DNA from: Methanocrinis sp.
Lineage (GTDB): Archaea; Halobacteriota; Methanosarcinia; Methanotrichales; Methanotrichaceae
Length of the DNA: 52,951 nucleotides
Reading direction: 5' to 3'
Assembly: GCF_049974945.1 (NCBI RefSeq)
Contig: NZ_JBNGCU010000002.1
Coordinates: 1 to 52,951 of the forward strand
The notes below the pieces were generated by a model. It was not told where the DNA came from. It ran no database searches and saw only the letters and a list, made by a program, of their open reading frames with translations. Position 1 is the first letter of the stretch. The number at the start of each line of letters is the position of its first letter. The position numbers and the translations under genes are program-made. This document shows, one piece after another, positions 18,478-28,517 of this stretch.

Positions 18478-19647
18478 ATGGAAGTCATAGCAAAATATCG
18501 CGTTGAGACCGACCTTCCGATCGAGAAGGCCGCAGAGGCGATCGCCGCGGAGCAGTCGACGGGAACCTGGACCGAGGTGGAGCGGGAGAGGCTGGCCAGA
18601 GACCTGGCCGCCCGGGTGATCAGGGCCGAGGGGAAGTTCGCGTACGTCGCCTTTCCCGAAGAGCTCTTCGAGCCGGGAAACATCCCTCAGTACCTCTCGG
18701 TCGTGGCAGGAAACCTCTTCGGCCTGGGGGATCTGAAGAAGGTGCGGCTCCTGGACATCATCTTCCCTCCGAGCCTGGTCGGTGCCCACAAAGGCCCGAG
18801 GTTTGGGATCGGTGAGGCCCGCAAGATCCTCGGCGTCTTCGATCGTCCCCTGGTGGGGACGATCATCAAGCCGAAGGTCGGCCTCAGCCCCCAAGAGACG
18901 GCAGAGGTCGCGGGCCAGGCGGCGAGGGGAGGCCTCGATCTGATCAAGGACGACGAGACCCTTACAGACCAGTCCTTCTGCCCCATCGACGAGAGGGTGG
19001 AGGCGGTGATGGCGGAGCTCTCCAAGGTCGAGGAGGAGACCGGGAAGAGGGCCTTCTACGCCGTCAACGTCACCTGCGGCGCCGAGGAGATCCTGGAGCG
19101 GGCCGAGGACGTGATCGGTCGCGGCGCCAACATGGTGATGGTGGACGTCCTCACCGCCGGCTTCTCCGCCCTTGAGGTCCTCTCCCGGGGCGTCAAGGTC
19201 CCCGTCCATGTCCACAGGACGATGCACGGAGCCTTCACCCGGGACAGGCGTCACGGCATATCGATGATCCCCATATCCAGGCTCGTCCGGATGGCCGGAG
19301 GAACGAACCTCCATACGGGAAGCTACCTGGGCAAGATGGCCGGCGACCGGGAGGAGAACGATCAATGCAGGGACGCTCTCCGTGACGACTGGTACGGCCT
19401 ACGTTCCGTCTTCCCCGTCGCCTCGGGAGGTGTCCATCCGGGGAACGTCCGACCAAACCTGGAGGGCTACGGCACCGACTGCATAGTCCAGGCGGGTGGA
19501 GGAGTCCACGGCCATCCCTCCGGGACCACGGCGGGCGCGAGGGCGATGGTCCAGGCGGTGGAGGCCTGGAGGGCCGGTGTCTCGGCGGAGGAGTACGCCG
19601 AAAGTCACAAAGAGCTGGAGGCGGCGTTGAAGTTCTGGTCTCGATGA
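18478..19647 (+). CDS. rbcL: RuBisCO large subunit, archaeal form III
   Basis: EQSTGTW, GTIIKPKVG, DLIKDDE, HVHRTMH, loop-6 GKM, ASGG, GGGVHGHP. The catalytic set looks complete, so this is not an RLP. Confidence 0.9.
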   Translation: MEVIAKYRVETDLPIEKAAEAIAAEQSTGTWTEVERERLARDLAARVIRAEGKFAYVAFPEELFEPGNIPQYLSVVAGNLFGLGDLKKVRLLDIIFPPSLVGAHKGPRFGIGEARKILGVFDRPLVGTIIKPKVGLSPQETAEVAGQAARGGLDLIKDDETLTDQSFCPIDERVEAVMAELSKVEEETGKRAFYAVNVTCGAEEILERAEDVIGRGANMVMVDVLTAGFSALEVLSRGVKVPVHVHRTMHGAFTRDRRHGISMIPISRLVRMAGGTNLHTGSYLGKMAGDREENDQCRDALRDDWYGLRSVFPVASGGVHPGNVRPNLEGYGTDCIVQAGGGVHGHPSGTTAGARAMVQAVEAWRAGVSAEEYAESHKELEAALKFWSR

Positions 19648-19682
19648 GATATTCCAGAGCGGGAGACGATCTCCTCTAAAAC

Positions 19683-19708
19683 CGAAGAGTTTATATTGTT
19701 ACATGTAA
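19683..19708 (+). promoter_or_regulatory. BRE/TATA promoter of the ATP synthase operon with downstream palindrome
   Basis: CGAAGAG-TTTATAT followed by the palindrome TTACATGTAA (19699-19708). Confidence 0.55.
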
Positions 19709-19791
19709 TGAGATCACAGCGTTTATCACAGCTTGAGTGATGGTAGCGCTGTCTGAAAACGGTAAGGATGTAGTGAGGGTAGAGGGATCAG

Positions 19792-20118
19792 ATGACTAGA
19801 CACGAGATCTTATCGAAGATCAAGCAGGCGGAAGCCGATGCTCAAGCCAGCATCGAGCAAGCCCAACAGGAGCGTGACAAGCGAATCGCCGATGCCACTG
19901 CCGAAGCAACGAACATCGTGAGAAATGCTGAGGCTGAAGCTCAAGAGTATTACGAAAAGCGTCTTGCTGATGCCGAGAAGAGTGTTCAGTCTAAGAAGCA
20001 AGCGATCGTCGACGAGGGTATCAAGAAGGTCAATGCAATGAAGAGCAGCGCCAGCAGTAAGGTTGACGCCGCGGTCGAACATTTGCTAAAGGAGTTTATG
20101 GGGTTGTTGCATGCTTAG
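19792..20118 (+). CDS. atpH: A1Ao ATP synthase subunit H
   Basis: Charged helical 108-aa protein (EILSKIKQAE) at the head of the operon. Confidence 0.9.
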   Translation: MTRHEILSKIKQAEADAQASIEQAQQERDKRIADATAEATNIVRNAEAEAQEYYEKRLADAEKSVQSKKQAIVDEGIKKVNAMKSSASSKVDAAVEHLLKEFMGLLHA

Positions 20119-22174
20119 ACCCGTTGAGATGTGCCGTGTTGTCGTCGCCGGGTCGAATAAGGTTATAGAGCCTGTAATAGAGAAGCTGCACGAGCTTAAC
20201 CTGTTGCATGTCGTCAACTATTCTGGTGCTGATGAATCCTTCGAGATGGGCAAGCCCTTGGGAACGGCATCCGAATACGCCGAACAGCTGATAAAGCTCC
20301 GGTCCATCGAGAGATACCTGGACATCAGTGACAAGATGCCTGACAAACAGTTCCCTGAGTCTCAGGTTCTTTCACAGATGGACGGCATCCTCGGAAACCT
20401 CGGTGATGAGGTCATCGCCACCGCCGAGCGGATCGCCGAGATCGATAACGAAGTCAAGGTCAAGCAGGATCAGGTCAAGTCCCTGAAGCCTCTGGCCGGG
20501 CTGCCTCTCGATCTGGAGCTTTTGTACGGCTACAGCTCTCTGGCACCTTTCGTGGGAACCGTCGCCTCTCCCGTCGAGGCCGATGTATCCAAGGTCTCAT
20601 TTGTAAACGAGGTTTTCACTGCCAGCTCGGGCGGCTCCAACGCGGTGGCCGTCTTCGTGCCGGCGGAGAAAGCAGGAGAGGTTTCGGGCGTTCTCTCCGA
20701 GCATGGGTTCTCGGAGATCTCCGTACCCCGGAAAGTGAGCGGAAACATCGCCAGCGCCATAAGCACCCTTGAGTCCGACGCCAAGAGGCTGGAGGGCGAG
20801 AAGGTGCCGCTGCAGAAGAAGCTGAACGACATCAGGGCTCAGCACGAGGACCTGATTCTGGCCATCGACGAGTACCTATCGATCCAGTCTCAGAAGGCGG
20901 AGTCGCCCCTGAGGTTTGCCTCTACCGACAACGCTTTCGTGATCGAGGGCTGGCTTCCCACCGATCAGTACGATACGCTGAAGAGGGAGCTCGATAGCGC
21001 AGCCGGGGGACGCCTCCAGGTAGAGAAGCTGGACGGCACCGAGGCCGAGAAGCTGGTGGAGACCGGTGAGGATATCCCCACCAAGATGCAGAACCCGAGC
21101 ATCGTCCGGCCTTACGAGCTGATCACGCGCCTATTCGCCATCCCCGAATACAAAGAGTTCGATCCGACGTTGCTGATATTCATCTTCTTCCCCTTGATGT
21201 TCGGCCTGATCTTGGGAGATGTGGCGTATGGGCTCATAATATTCATCGTGATGTTGATGCTCAAACGCAAGTTCAGGACCCCTGGCTGGGTGTCTCTGAT
21301 AAACATCGTGATCATAGCGAGCATCTGGGCGATAATATTCGGCTTCATATTCGGCGAGATCTTTGGACCTCTGGGTCTTTGGGACTACATATTCAGTGGT
21401 TCTCACCATGTAGGTCTTCTGGGAACGGTGGCAGATCCGCACCATGTCGGAACTGACTTCGGTGCCGGGTTCTACGGTCCCCTCGGAAGGTTGGGTCCCG
21501 AGATCAGCGGCTTCGCTGGGGGGATGTTCCCCATGTACAGGCTGGCGACGGCCTCTGTTCTGATGCTGATTGGCGTCAGCCTATTCATCGGTGTCGTCCA
21601 CACTGGCATCGGTTCCGTAATGGGCGTAAAGAACGAGCTCGCCTACGGCGAGAAGAGGCATGCCTATTACGAGAGGCTCCCTGTGCTTCTCTTCCAGGTC
21701 TTCTTCGGCCTCGGTCTGCTCGGCTTGATCGCCGGTGGCCTGAATCACCCCCTGGTGCTATTGAGCGCCCTGGTGATCGTCATATCCATAATCATGATGG
21801 TTAGGGGACCAGAAGGGGTCATGGGCGCGACTCACATACCGTTCTTTGTGAGCAACCTGATAAGCTACCTGCGACTTTTGGCCATAGGCCTGGCGTCGGT
21901 GGGCGTCGCTTTCGCTGCAAACCAGCTGGCTTTCTACGTGCTGATGCCGATGCTGAGCGGCGGGTCCCACGAGTTCACGACGATAGCGATCGTTGTTGGT
22001 ATAGTTGTGTTGATCATGGTTCACTTCATCAACCTGCTTCTTGGAATCCTCTCTCCGTTCATGCATCCTCTCAGGTTGCATTACGTGGAGATGTTCACCA
22101 AGTTCTACAGTGCGCACGGTGGTGGAGTTGAGTATTCGCCCTTCGGACGTGTCCGAAGGTTCTTGAGAGATTAG
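20111..22174 (+). CDS. atpI: A1Ao ATP synthase subunit I (a)
   Basis: MLRPVEM, P.Y.EFDPT, SYLRLLA, LRLHYVEMFTKFY. Confidence 0.95.
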   Translation: MLRPVEMCRVVVAGSNKVIEPVIEKLHELNLLHVVNYSGADESFEMGKPLGTASEYAEQLIKLRSIERYLDISDKMPDKQFPESQVLSQMDGILGNLGDEVIATAERIAEIDNEVKVKQDQVKSLKPLAGLPLDLELLYGYSSLAPFVGTVASPVEADVSKVSFVNEVFTASSGGSNAVAVFVPAEKAGEVSGVLSEHGFSEISVPRKVSGNIASAISTLESDAKRLEGEKVPLQKKLNDIRAQHEDLILAIDEYLSIQSQKAESPLRFASTDNAFVIEGWLPTDQYDTLKRELDSAAGGRLQVEKLDGTEAEKLVETGEDIPTKMQNPSIVRPYELITRLFAIPEYKEFDPTLLIFIFFPLMFGLILGDVAYGLIIFIVMLMLKRKFRTPGWVSLINIVIIASIWAIIFGFIFGEIFGPLGLWDYIFSGSHHVGLLGTVADPHHVGTDFGAGFYGPLGRLGPEISGFAGGMFPMYRLATASVLMLIGVSLFIGVVHTGIGSVMGVKNELAYGEKRHAYYERLPVLLFQVFFGLGLLGLIAGGLNHPLVLLSALVIVISIIMMVRGPEGVMGATHIPFFVSNLISYLRLLAIGLASVGVAFAANQLAFYVLMPMLSGGSHEFTTIAIVVGIVVLIMVHFINLLLGILSPFMHPLRLHYVEMFTKFYSAHGGGVEYSPFGRVRRFLRD

Positions 22175-22199
22175 GATTAGCTAACGGAGGGATAAGGAA

Positions 22200-22457
22200 A
22201 TGGTAGTAGAAACTATAACTGACGGTGGAATACTGTACGGACTTCTGGCTGTTGGCGCCGGTCTTGCGACCGGACTTGCCGGTATTGGTGCGGGTGTTGG
22301 TGAGCAGGGTATCGGAGCTGCTGTGGTTGGTGTCGTGGCAGAGGAGCCCGGCTTCCTGGGCAAGGGTCTGTTCCTGATGCTTCTGCCCGAGACTCTCATC
22401 ATCTTCGGCCTTGCTGTTTCACTGATCCTGATGTTCGCCTGGACGCCCTTCGCGTGA
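22200..22457 (+). CDS. atpK: A1Ao ATP synthase subunit K (c), single hairpin
   Basis: Gly-rich helix and PET ion-binding Glu. Confidence 0.95.
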   Translation: MVVETITDGGILYGLLAVGAGLATGLAGIGAGVGEQGIGAAVVGVVAEEPGFLGKGLFLMLLPETLIIFGLAVSLILMFAWTPFA

Positions 22458-22486
22458 AATCGCCATCCTGAGCGAGGTCGAGAGGA

Positions 22487-23035
22487 ATGGCACTAGACGC
22501 AGTGGTAGAGGACATTCTTGCAACCAGCAAGGCCAAGGTCGCGGAGATCAACGCCGAGACCGAGCAGGAGGTTGCAAGGATACTTAATGAAGCCAGAGAA
22601 CGTGCCGCGGAAATCAAGTCCGAAAAAGAGGGGGAGGCAGACAGCGCTGTAGAGGCTCTCGAGCGCAGAGTGATCTCGAGCGCTCATCTTCAGGTGAAGA
22701 GGGCAGAGCTGAACGTGCGCAAGGATCTCATGGAAGAGACTCGTAAGAAGCTCATCGAGGAGGTAGCAGACCTGCCCGAGAAGAAGAACGAGGAGCTCAT
22801 CAAGGAGATCGTCAAGCCCTACAACCTGAAGGAGATGAAGGTCAAGTCCGCCAAGAAGGACGAGGCCCTCGTCTCTTCTCTTGCCCCCAACTATGTCGGG
22901 ACTGTTGATGCCGCTGGCGGCGTCGTGATAGAGAGCGAAGATGGATCGATGAGCTACGATCACACCTACGAAACTCTGGCGAGTGAAGCATTCAGCAAGT
23001 CTATGAAAGACGTCTCCAAGATCCTGTTTGGGTGA
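22487..23035 (+). CDS. atpE: A1Ao ATP synthase subunit E
   Basis: [19 protein letters not shown]...D.T.E motifs; operon position. Confidence 0.93.
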   Translation: MALDAVVEDILATSKAKVAEINAETEQEVARILNEARERAAEIKSEKEGEADSAVEALERRVISSAHLQVKRAELNVRKDLMEETRKKLIEEVADLPEKKNEELIKEIVKPYNLKEMKVKSAKKDEALVSSLAPNYVGTVDAAGGVVIESEDGSMSYDHTYETLASEAFSKSMKDVSKILFG

Positions 23036-23039
23036 GGCC

Positions 23040-24083
23040 ATGCCGGTACTACGTTTGCCGAAGTTCGGAAAACCGGTGAAGTATGCATACATCACGGGCA
23101 GAGTTCGGGCGATGAAGACCAAGCTCATACCCCCCGAGATGTATCAGAGAATGCTGGGCATGGACATACCAGAGATCACGCGGTACCTGGAGGAGACTCA
23201 ATACAAGGAGGAGATCGATTCGATGGCGAAGGACCACTCAGGAGCAGAGCTCGTGGAGTACGCCACCTTCGCCAACCTTGCAAAGATCTACAGGAAGCTC
23301 CTGGAGGTCTCGATCGATGAACCTCAGTTCCTCATTCTGGAGTACCTGAGGCGTTGGGACATCTGGAACATCAAGACGATACTCCGAGGCAAGTTCTACG
23401 GGGCCAGCGAAGAGGAGATCATGAAGTACCTCGTGCCTGCTGGCGAGCTGGATATGGAGTTCCTCGAGGGTCTGGCCAAGAAGGAGAGGGTCGAAGAGGT
23501 CATAGCTGCCTTCGACGGGACCGACTACTACGAAGCTCTTACCCAGTACGATGGACAAATGCTCTCTTCGGTGGAGAACGCCCTGGACAAGCTTTACTAC
23601 TTCCGGATGGAGCGTGCCGTAGGCGGCACCCTCTCCGTAGGTGGCGGTCTTTTGCTGAAGTACGTCCGAAAGGAGATAGACGTCAAGAACCTGGTGACCC
23701 TCTTCCGGATGAACAAGGCCGGAATCGAGGCAAGCGTAATACAGGACAACCTGATCCCCGGTGGAAAGCTCCACGAGGAGCTGAGCCGGATGGCGGGTCA
23801 GTCCTACAACGAGTTTGTCAGGGGACTTGAGGGCTATCCTTTCTGGAGCGCTATATCGGACGTAGTGGCTGAAGGAGGGAGTGTGAGCAGGATAGAGGCG
23901 CGCCTCAGGGCCTACCTGGTGAGGTATGCCTGGGCAATCTCGAACTATCATCCGCTGTCCATCCTTCCGGTGCTCGGTTATATCGTCAGCAAGGATACTG
24001 AAGTTTCAAACATCAGGAAGATCGTCCGCGGCAAAGAGGCGGGTCTTTCTGCTGAGCTCATCGAGGAGCAGGTGGTGGCTTAA
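23040..24083 (+). CDS. atpC: A1Ao ATP synthase subunit C
   Basis: [35 protein letters not shown]. Confidence 0.93.
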   Translation: MPVLRLPKFGKPVKYAYITGRVRAMKTKLIPPEMYQRMLGMDIPEITRYLEETQYKEEIDSMAKDHSGAELVEYATFANLAKIYRKLLEVSIDEPQFLILEYLRRWDIWNIKTILRGKFYGASEEEIMKYLVPAGELDMEFLEGLAKKERVEEVIAAFDGTDYYEALTQYDGQMLSSVENALDKLYYFRMERAVGGTLSVGGGLLLKYVRKEIDVKNLVTLFRMNKAGIEASVIQDNLIPGGKLHEELSRMAGQSYNEFVRGLEGYPFWSAISDVVAEGGSVSRIEARLRAYLVRYAWAISNYHPLSILPVLGYIVSKDTEVSNIRKIVRGKEAGLSAELIEEQVVA

Positions 24084-24382
24084 TGCAGATTGCTGTTGTC
24101 GGCAGTGGTGACGCCGTTCTCGGCTTCACCCTGGCCGGAGTTAGGAAGGCTTACGAGGCCACTTCAGAGGATGAGCTCATCTCAAAGATCGAGACGGTCA
24201 TGGCGGATCCAGATGTCGGCATTCTGGTATTGAGCCAGTCGGATTTCAACAACCTCCCCTCAAGGCTCAGGGGGACGCTGACTGAATCTGTCAAGCCAAC
24301 GGTGATCGCCATCGGAACTGAGCAGAGCACAGAGATGAGAGAGAAGATTAAAAGGGCAATAGGTGTTGATTTATGGAAGTAG
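24083..24382 (+). CDS. atpF: A1Ao ATP synthase subunit F
   Basis: IAVVG...[17 protein letters not shown]. Confidence 0.94.
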   Translation: MQIAVVGSGDAVLGFTLAGVRKAYEATSEDELISKIETVMADPDVGILVLSQSDFNNLPSRLRGTLTESVKPTVIAIGTEQSTEMREKIKRAIGVDLWK

Positions 24383-26106
24383 GCACGGGCAAAGTTCATA
24401 GAGTTGCCGGGCCGGTGGTGCAGGCTACAGGTCTAAAATCTCACATGTATGATCTGGTCCTGGTCGGCGAAGAGGGGCTGATGAGCGAGGTCATCGGCAT
24501 CGCCGGGGACAAGCACGTCATTCAGGTATACGAAGATACCGACGGCGTGAAGCCGGGCGAGCCTGTAAAGGAAACTGGTGCACCACTGGTAGCACAACTC
24601 GGTCCAGGAATTCTTACCTCTATTTATGACGGCATCCAGAGACCTCTCCCCAAGCTGGTAGAGGCTTCTGGAAACTTCATCAGCAGAGGTCTTTTCGTTG
24701 ACGGTATCGATCACAAGAAGAAGTGGGAGTTCGAGCCGGTCGCAAAGAAGGGCGACAAGCTGGAGCCGGGGCAGACCATCGGTACGGTCCAGGAGCAGCT
24801 TCTCATCAAGCACAAGATAATGATGCCTCCAGACAAGAGGGGCACGGTAAAGGAGATCAAGTCCGGAAACTTCACCGTCGAAGAGACGATCTGTGTGCTT
24901 GAGGACGGAACAGAGCTTCCCATGATTCAGTACTGGCCGGTTCGTAGAGCCAGGCCTTCAAGATCCAAAGAGGCTCCGTCCATCCCCCTGAGAACGGGAC
25001 AGAGGGTCATCGACGGGTTCTTCTCCCTGGCCAAGGGCGGAACCGCGGCCATCCCCGGCGGGTTCGGTACAGGAAAGACCGTCATGCAGCAGACCCTCTC
25101 CAAGTGGTCTGACGTCGACATCGTCGTCTACGTCGGATGCGGCGAGCGGGGCAACGAGATGGCCGACCTGCTTCACGAGTTCCCTGAGCTGGTGGACCCG
25201 AGGACCGACAGGCCCCTGATGGAGAGGTCCATCGTCTACGCCAACACCTCCAACATGCCCGTGGCCGCGAGGGAGGCTTCCATCTACACCGGGATCACCA
25301 CCGCGGAGTACTATAGAGACATGGGATATGACGTGATGATGACCGCCGACTCCACCTCCCGGTGGGCCGAGGCGATGAGAGAGCTCTCCAGCCGTCTTGA
25401 GGAGATGCCTGGTGAGGAAGGATATCCCGCTTACCTCGGAGCGAGGCTCGCTGACTTCTACGAGAGGTCTGGCAGGGTGACCACTCTCGAGGGCACAGAG
25501 GGTTCCGTCAGCATCGTCGGAGCGGTCAGCCCCCCCGGCGGAGACTTCACCGAGCCCGTCACTCAGAACACGCTGCGTATCACTAAGGTGTTCTGGGCTC
25601 TCGACTCCAAGCTCACTCAGAGGCGTCACTTCCCGTCCATCAACTGGCTGGACAGCTACTCCCTCTACGACCTGACTCTTGAGCCCTGGTTCGTGGAGAA
25701 CGTCTCCCCCGACTGGAACAAGAACAAGAGGCGTGCCATGGAGATTCTCCAGGAGAACGCGGAGCTGGAAGAGATCGTGATGTTGGTCGGGTCCGACGCT
25801 CTGCCAGAGGATCAGCAGCTGACCCTGGAGGTCGCGAGGATGATCATCAACTTCTGGCTGGCTCAGAGTGCCTTCCACCCGGTGGACACCTTCTGTCCCT
25901 ACAAGAAGCAGTTTGACCTGCTCAAGGCGATCCTCCATTTCAGGGACCTCGCCTTTGAGGCTCTCGCCCGCGGCGTGCCCACCGATGTGATCCTCGGAAC
26001 GCCCTCCAAGGACGCCCTGGCCAAGGTCAGGCTTCTTGAGGACTACGAGCCTGAGCTTGAGAAGGTGAGGGCTCAGATGGAGAGCGAGTTCAAGACGATG
26101 TCATGA
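24373..26106 (+). CDS. atpA: A1Ao ATP synthase subunit A (no intein)
   Basis: P-loop [27 protein letters not shown]. Confidence 0.97.
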   Translation: MEVGTGKVHRVAGPVVQATGLKSHMYDLVLVGEEGLMSEVIGIAGDKHVIQVYEDTDGVKPGEPVKETGAPLVAQLGPGILTSIYDGIQRPLPKLVEASGNFISRGLFVDGIDHKKKWEFEPVAKKGDKLEPGQTIGTVQEQLLIKHKIMMPPDKRGTVKEIKSGNFTVEETICVLEDGTELPMIQYWPVRRARPSRSKEAPSIPLRTGQRVIDGFFSLAKGGTAAIPGGFGTGKTVMQQTLSKWSDVDIVVYVGCGERGNEMADLLHEFPELVDPRTDRPLMERSIVYANTSNMPVAAREASIYTGITTAEYYRDMGYDVMMTADSTSRWAEAMRELSSRLEEMPGEEGYPAYLGARLADFYERSGRVTTLEGTEGSVSIVGAVSPPGGDFTEPVTQNTLRITKVFWALDSKLTQRRHFPSINWLDSYSLYDLTLEPWFVENVSPDWNKNKRRAMEILQENAELEEIVMLVGSDALPEDQQLTLEVARMIINFWLAQSAFHPVDTFCPYKKQFDLLKAILHFRDLAFEALARGVPTDVILGTPSKDALAKVRLLEDYEPELEKVRAQMESEFKTMS

Positions 26107-26119
26107 GGGTGGTTTACAA

Positions 26120-27502
26120 ATGACCAAGGAGTACAAAACGATTAACGAGATCAAGGGCCCGCTCATTTTCGTCGAGAAGACCGAGCCCGTAGGTTACAAC
26201 GAGCTCGTGGAGATCCGAACCGAGAAGGGAGAGCTGAAGAGGGGCCAGGTTCTGGACACATCCAACGAAATCGTGGTCGTCCAGGTGTTCGAGGGGACGG
26301 GCGGCCTGGGGAAAGAGAGCTCCGTCAAGTTCACCGGCGACGTGATCAAGATGCCTCTCTCCCCCGACATCATCGGGAGAGTTCTCTCCGGATCAGGCCT
26401 GCCCAAAGACGGCGGCCCGCCAATAGTGCCCGACGTATCGAAGGAGATCGCTGGCGCGGCCATCAATCCCGCAGCCCGAGAGAAGCCTAGAGCTTTCATC
26501 CAGACCGGCATATCCACCATCGATGGGACCAACACCCTGGTCCGGGGCCAGAAGCTGCCCATCTTCTCCGGTGCAGGTCTTCCCCACAACGACGTTGCTC
26601 TGCAGATAGCTCGTCAGTCCAAGGCCCTCGGAGAGGCCGAGTCCTTCGCCGTCGTCTTCTGCGCCATGGGCATCACCAACGAGGAAGCTCAGCACTTCAT
26701 GGCCGACTTCGAGAGGACCGGCGCCCTGGAGAGGGCCGTCGTCTTCCTGAACCTGGCCGACGACCCCGCCGTCGAGAGGTTGCTCACACCTCAGCTCGGT
26801 CTGACCACGGCAGAGTATCTCGCCTTCGACCTCGACATGCACGTGCTGGTCATCTACACCGACATGACCAACTACTGCGAGGCGATGAGACAGATGGGGG
26901 CGGCTCGTGAAGAGGTGCCCGGACGAAGAGGATACCCCGGTTACATGTACACCACCCTCGCCATCCAGTATGAGAGGGCAGGGATCATCACCGGCAAGAA
27001 TGGGTCCATCACCCAGTTCCCCATCCTCACCATGCCCGGCGACGATATCACCCACCCGATACCCGACCTCAGCGGCTACATCACCGAGGGTCAGCTCATC
27101 GTATCTCGTGAGCTTCACCGCAAGGGCATCTACCCGCCCATCGACATCAGGCCTTCCCTCAGCAGGCTGATGAATTCAGGCATCGGTGAGGGTCACACCC
27201 GAGAGGATCACAGGGCGGTATCCGACCAGCTCTACGCCTACTACGCAGAGGGCTGCGATCTCCGAGGGCTTGTGGCCATCGTCGGTAAGGAGGCTCTCTC
27301 TGAGAGAGACCGGCTCGTCCTGGAGTTCGCCGATGAATTTGAGCATAAGTTCGTCAACCAGGGCAGAGATGAGGACCGGAGCATCTTCGATACTCTGGAC
27401 ATTGGATGGAACCTTCTCCAGGCTCTTCCCGAGACGATGCTCACTAGGATCGACGACCATCTCATCAAGAAGTACCACCCCAGGTACAGGAAGAAAGAGT
27501 GA
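26120..27502 (+). CDS. atpB: A1Ao ATP synthase subunit B
   Basis: [28 protein letters not shown]. Confidence 0.97.
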   Translation: MTKEYKTINEIKGPLIFVEKTEPVGYNELVEIRTEKGELKRGQVLDTSNEIVVVQVFEGTGGLGKESSVKFTGDVIKMPLSPDIIGRVLSGSGLPKDGGPPIVPDVSKEIAGAAINPAAREKPRAFIQTGISTIDGTNTLVRGQKLPIFSGAGLPHNDVALQIARQSKALGEAESFAVVFCAMGITNEEAQHFMADFERTGALERAVVFLNLADDPAVERLLTPQLGLTTAEYLAFDLDMHVLVIYTDMTNYCEAMRQMGAAREEVPGRRGYPGYMYTTLAIQYERAGIITGKNGSITQFPILTMPGDDITHPIPDLSGYITEGQLIVSRELHRKGIYPPIDIRPSLSRLMNSGIGEGHTREDHRAVSDQLYAYYAEGCDLRGLVAIVGKEALSERDRLVLEFADEFEHKFVNQGRDEDRSIFDTLDIGWNLLQALPETMLTRIDDHLIKKYHPRYRKKE

Positions 27503-27506
27503 GATC

Positions 27507-28253
27507 ATGGCCGTAATCCCTGGGACAAAGCCGACTAGAGCAGTCCTGATCTCCTTGAAGAAGAGGATCAAGGTCGCTCAGACCGGTCACTCGCTTCTGA
27601 AAATGAAGCGGGACGGTCTGATGATCGAATTTTTTGAGGTCCTCAATCAGGCTAGGACGATCAGGCAGGAGCTGGTCGAAGACTTCATAAAAGCTCAGCA
27701 GAGCCTCAACATGGCCAAGGCCACCGAGGGTGCCTTAGCGATCAAGAGCGTCGCCTTCGCCCTCCAGAAAGAGCCGGCTGTAGAGCTGGAAAGCAGAAAC
27801 ATCATGGGCGTCGTTGTGCCGAAGATTACGGCAGATTCTGTGCAAAAGCAGATGTTTGAGCGTGGATACGGTATCATAGGTACGAGCGCTGCCATCGACG
27901 AAGCTGCTGAGGCCTACGAGAGCCTTGTGGACAAGATCATCACCGCCGCAGAGGTGGAGACCGCGCTGATAAAGCTAGTGGAAGACATTGACGCCACCAA
28001 GAGACGAGTGAACGCTCTGGAGTTCAAAGTGATCCCCGACATCCACGATACCGTCCGGTTCATCGGCTTCGCTCTGGAAGAGATGGAGAGAGACAACCTC
28101 GTCAAGCTGAAGATGCTCAAGGGCAAGGCCCAGAGGGCCGAGAAGGCCGCAGAGGCTGAGGCCAAGAAGGCAGCTCTTGAGGGATCCGGTACAGAGCCCC
28201 TCGGGCCCGGATCCGGAAAATCAGAGGGCTTCCCCAAGACGGAAGCTGCTTAA
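27507..28253 (+). CDS. atpD: A1Ao ATP synthase subunit D
   Basis: KPTR..L..LK, LLKMKRDGL, TKRRVNALE; ATG at 27507. Confidence 0.95.
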   Translation: MAVIPGTKPTRAVLISLKKRIKVAQTGHSLLKMKRDGLMIEFFEVLNQARTIRQELVEDFIKAQQSLNMAKATEGALAIKSVAFALQKEPAVELESRNIMGVVVPKITADSVQKQMFERGYGIIGTSAAIDEAAEAYESLVDKIITAAEVETALIKLVEDIDATKRRVNALEFKVIPDIHDTVRFIGFALEEMERDNLVKLKMLKGKAQRAEKAAEAEAKKAALEGSGTEPLGPGSGKSEGFPKTEAA

Positions 28254-28272
28254 TGAGCTTCGGCGTTAGAAT

Positions 28273-28449
28273 ATGCCCAACCTGCTTGAACGAAAGGCAG
28301 AAGAGTGGTTTGGAACCCCCGAGAAGAAGGCACGGATGCTACAGTGGCTCGTGTACATCTCGAACCTGTACGTGATCCTCGGGGTGTTCGTCCTCATTTA
28401 CGTTCTGTATGGCGATCATCTGATCGCCCTCTGGAACTCACTGAGGTAG
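28273..28449 (+). CDS. 58-aa single-TM protein at end of ATP synthase operon (AhaG-like); absent from ORF track
   Basis: Manual translation MPNLLERKAEEWFGTPEKKARMLQWLVYISNLYVILGVFVLIYVLYGDHLIALWNSLR*. It starts 19 nt after atpD and ends before the terminator. Confidence 0.75.
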   Translation: MPNLLERKAEEWFGTPEKKARMLQWLVYISNLYVILGVFVLIYVLYGDHLIALWNSLR

Positions 28450-28455
28450 AGATGA

Positions 28456-28512
28456 GAGGGAACATGGATCCCACCAGCTCGGGGTCCAGGTTCGCTCAAC
28501 TCCTATTTTTTA
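28456..28512 (+). terminator. Hairpin plus T-tract ending the ATP synthase operon
   Basis: GAG-G-GAAC-A-TGGATCCC / GGGGTCCA-G-GTTC-G-CTC stem, then TATTTTTT. Confidence 0.55.
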
Positions 28513-28517
28513 TGATT

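Noticed and set aside
18478-19647. RuBisCO-like protein (form IV) because of short length
   Set aside because: KDDE, H.HR, loop-6 Lys, SGG and GHP motifs are all present, consistent with a true form III enzyme.
24373-26106. Inteins in atpA (or in infB at 4493-6304)
   Set aside because: Both proteins are normal length with contiguous motifs.
19792-28253. Lower GC of the ATP synthase operon as a sign of horizontal transfer
   Set aside because: Gene order is the native Methanosarcinales type; codon bias of highly expressed genes explains it.
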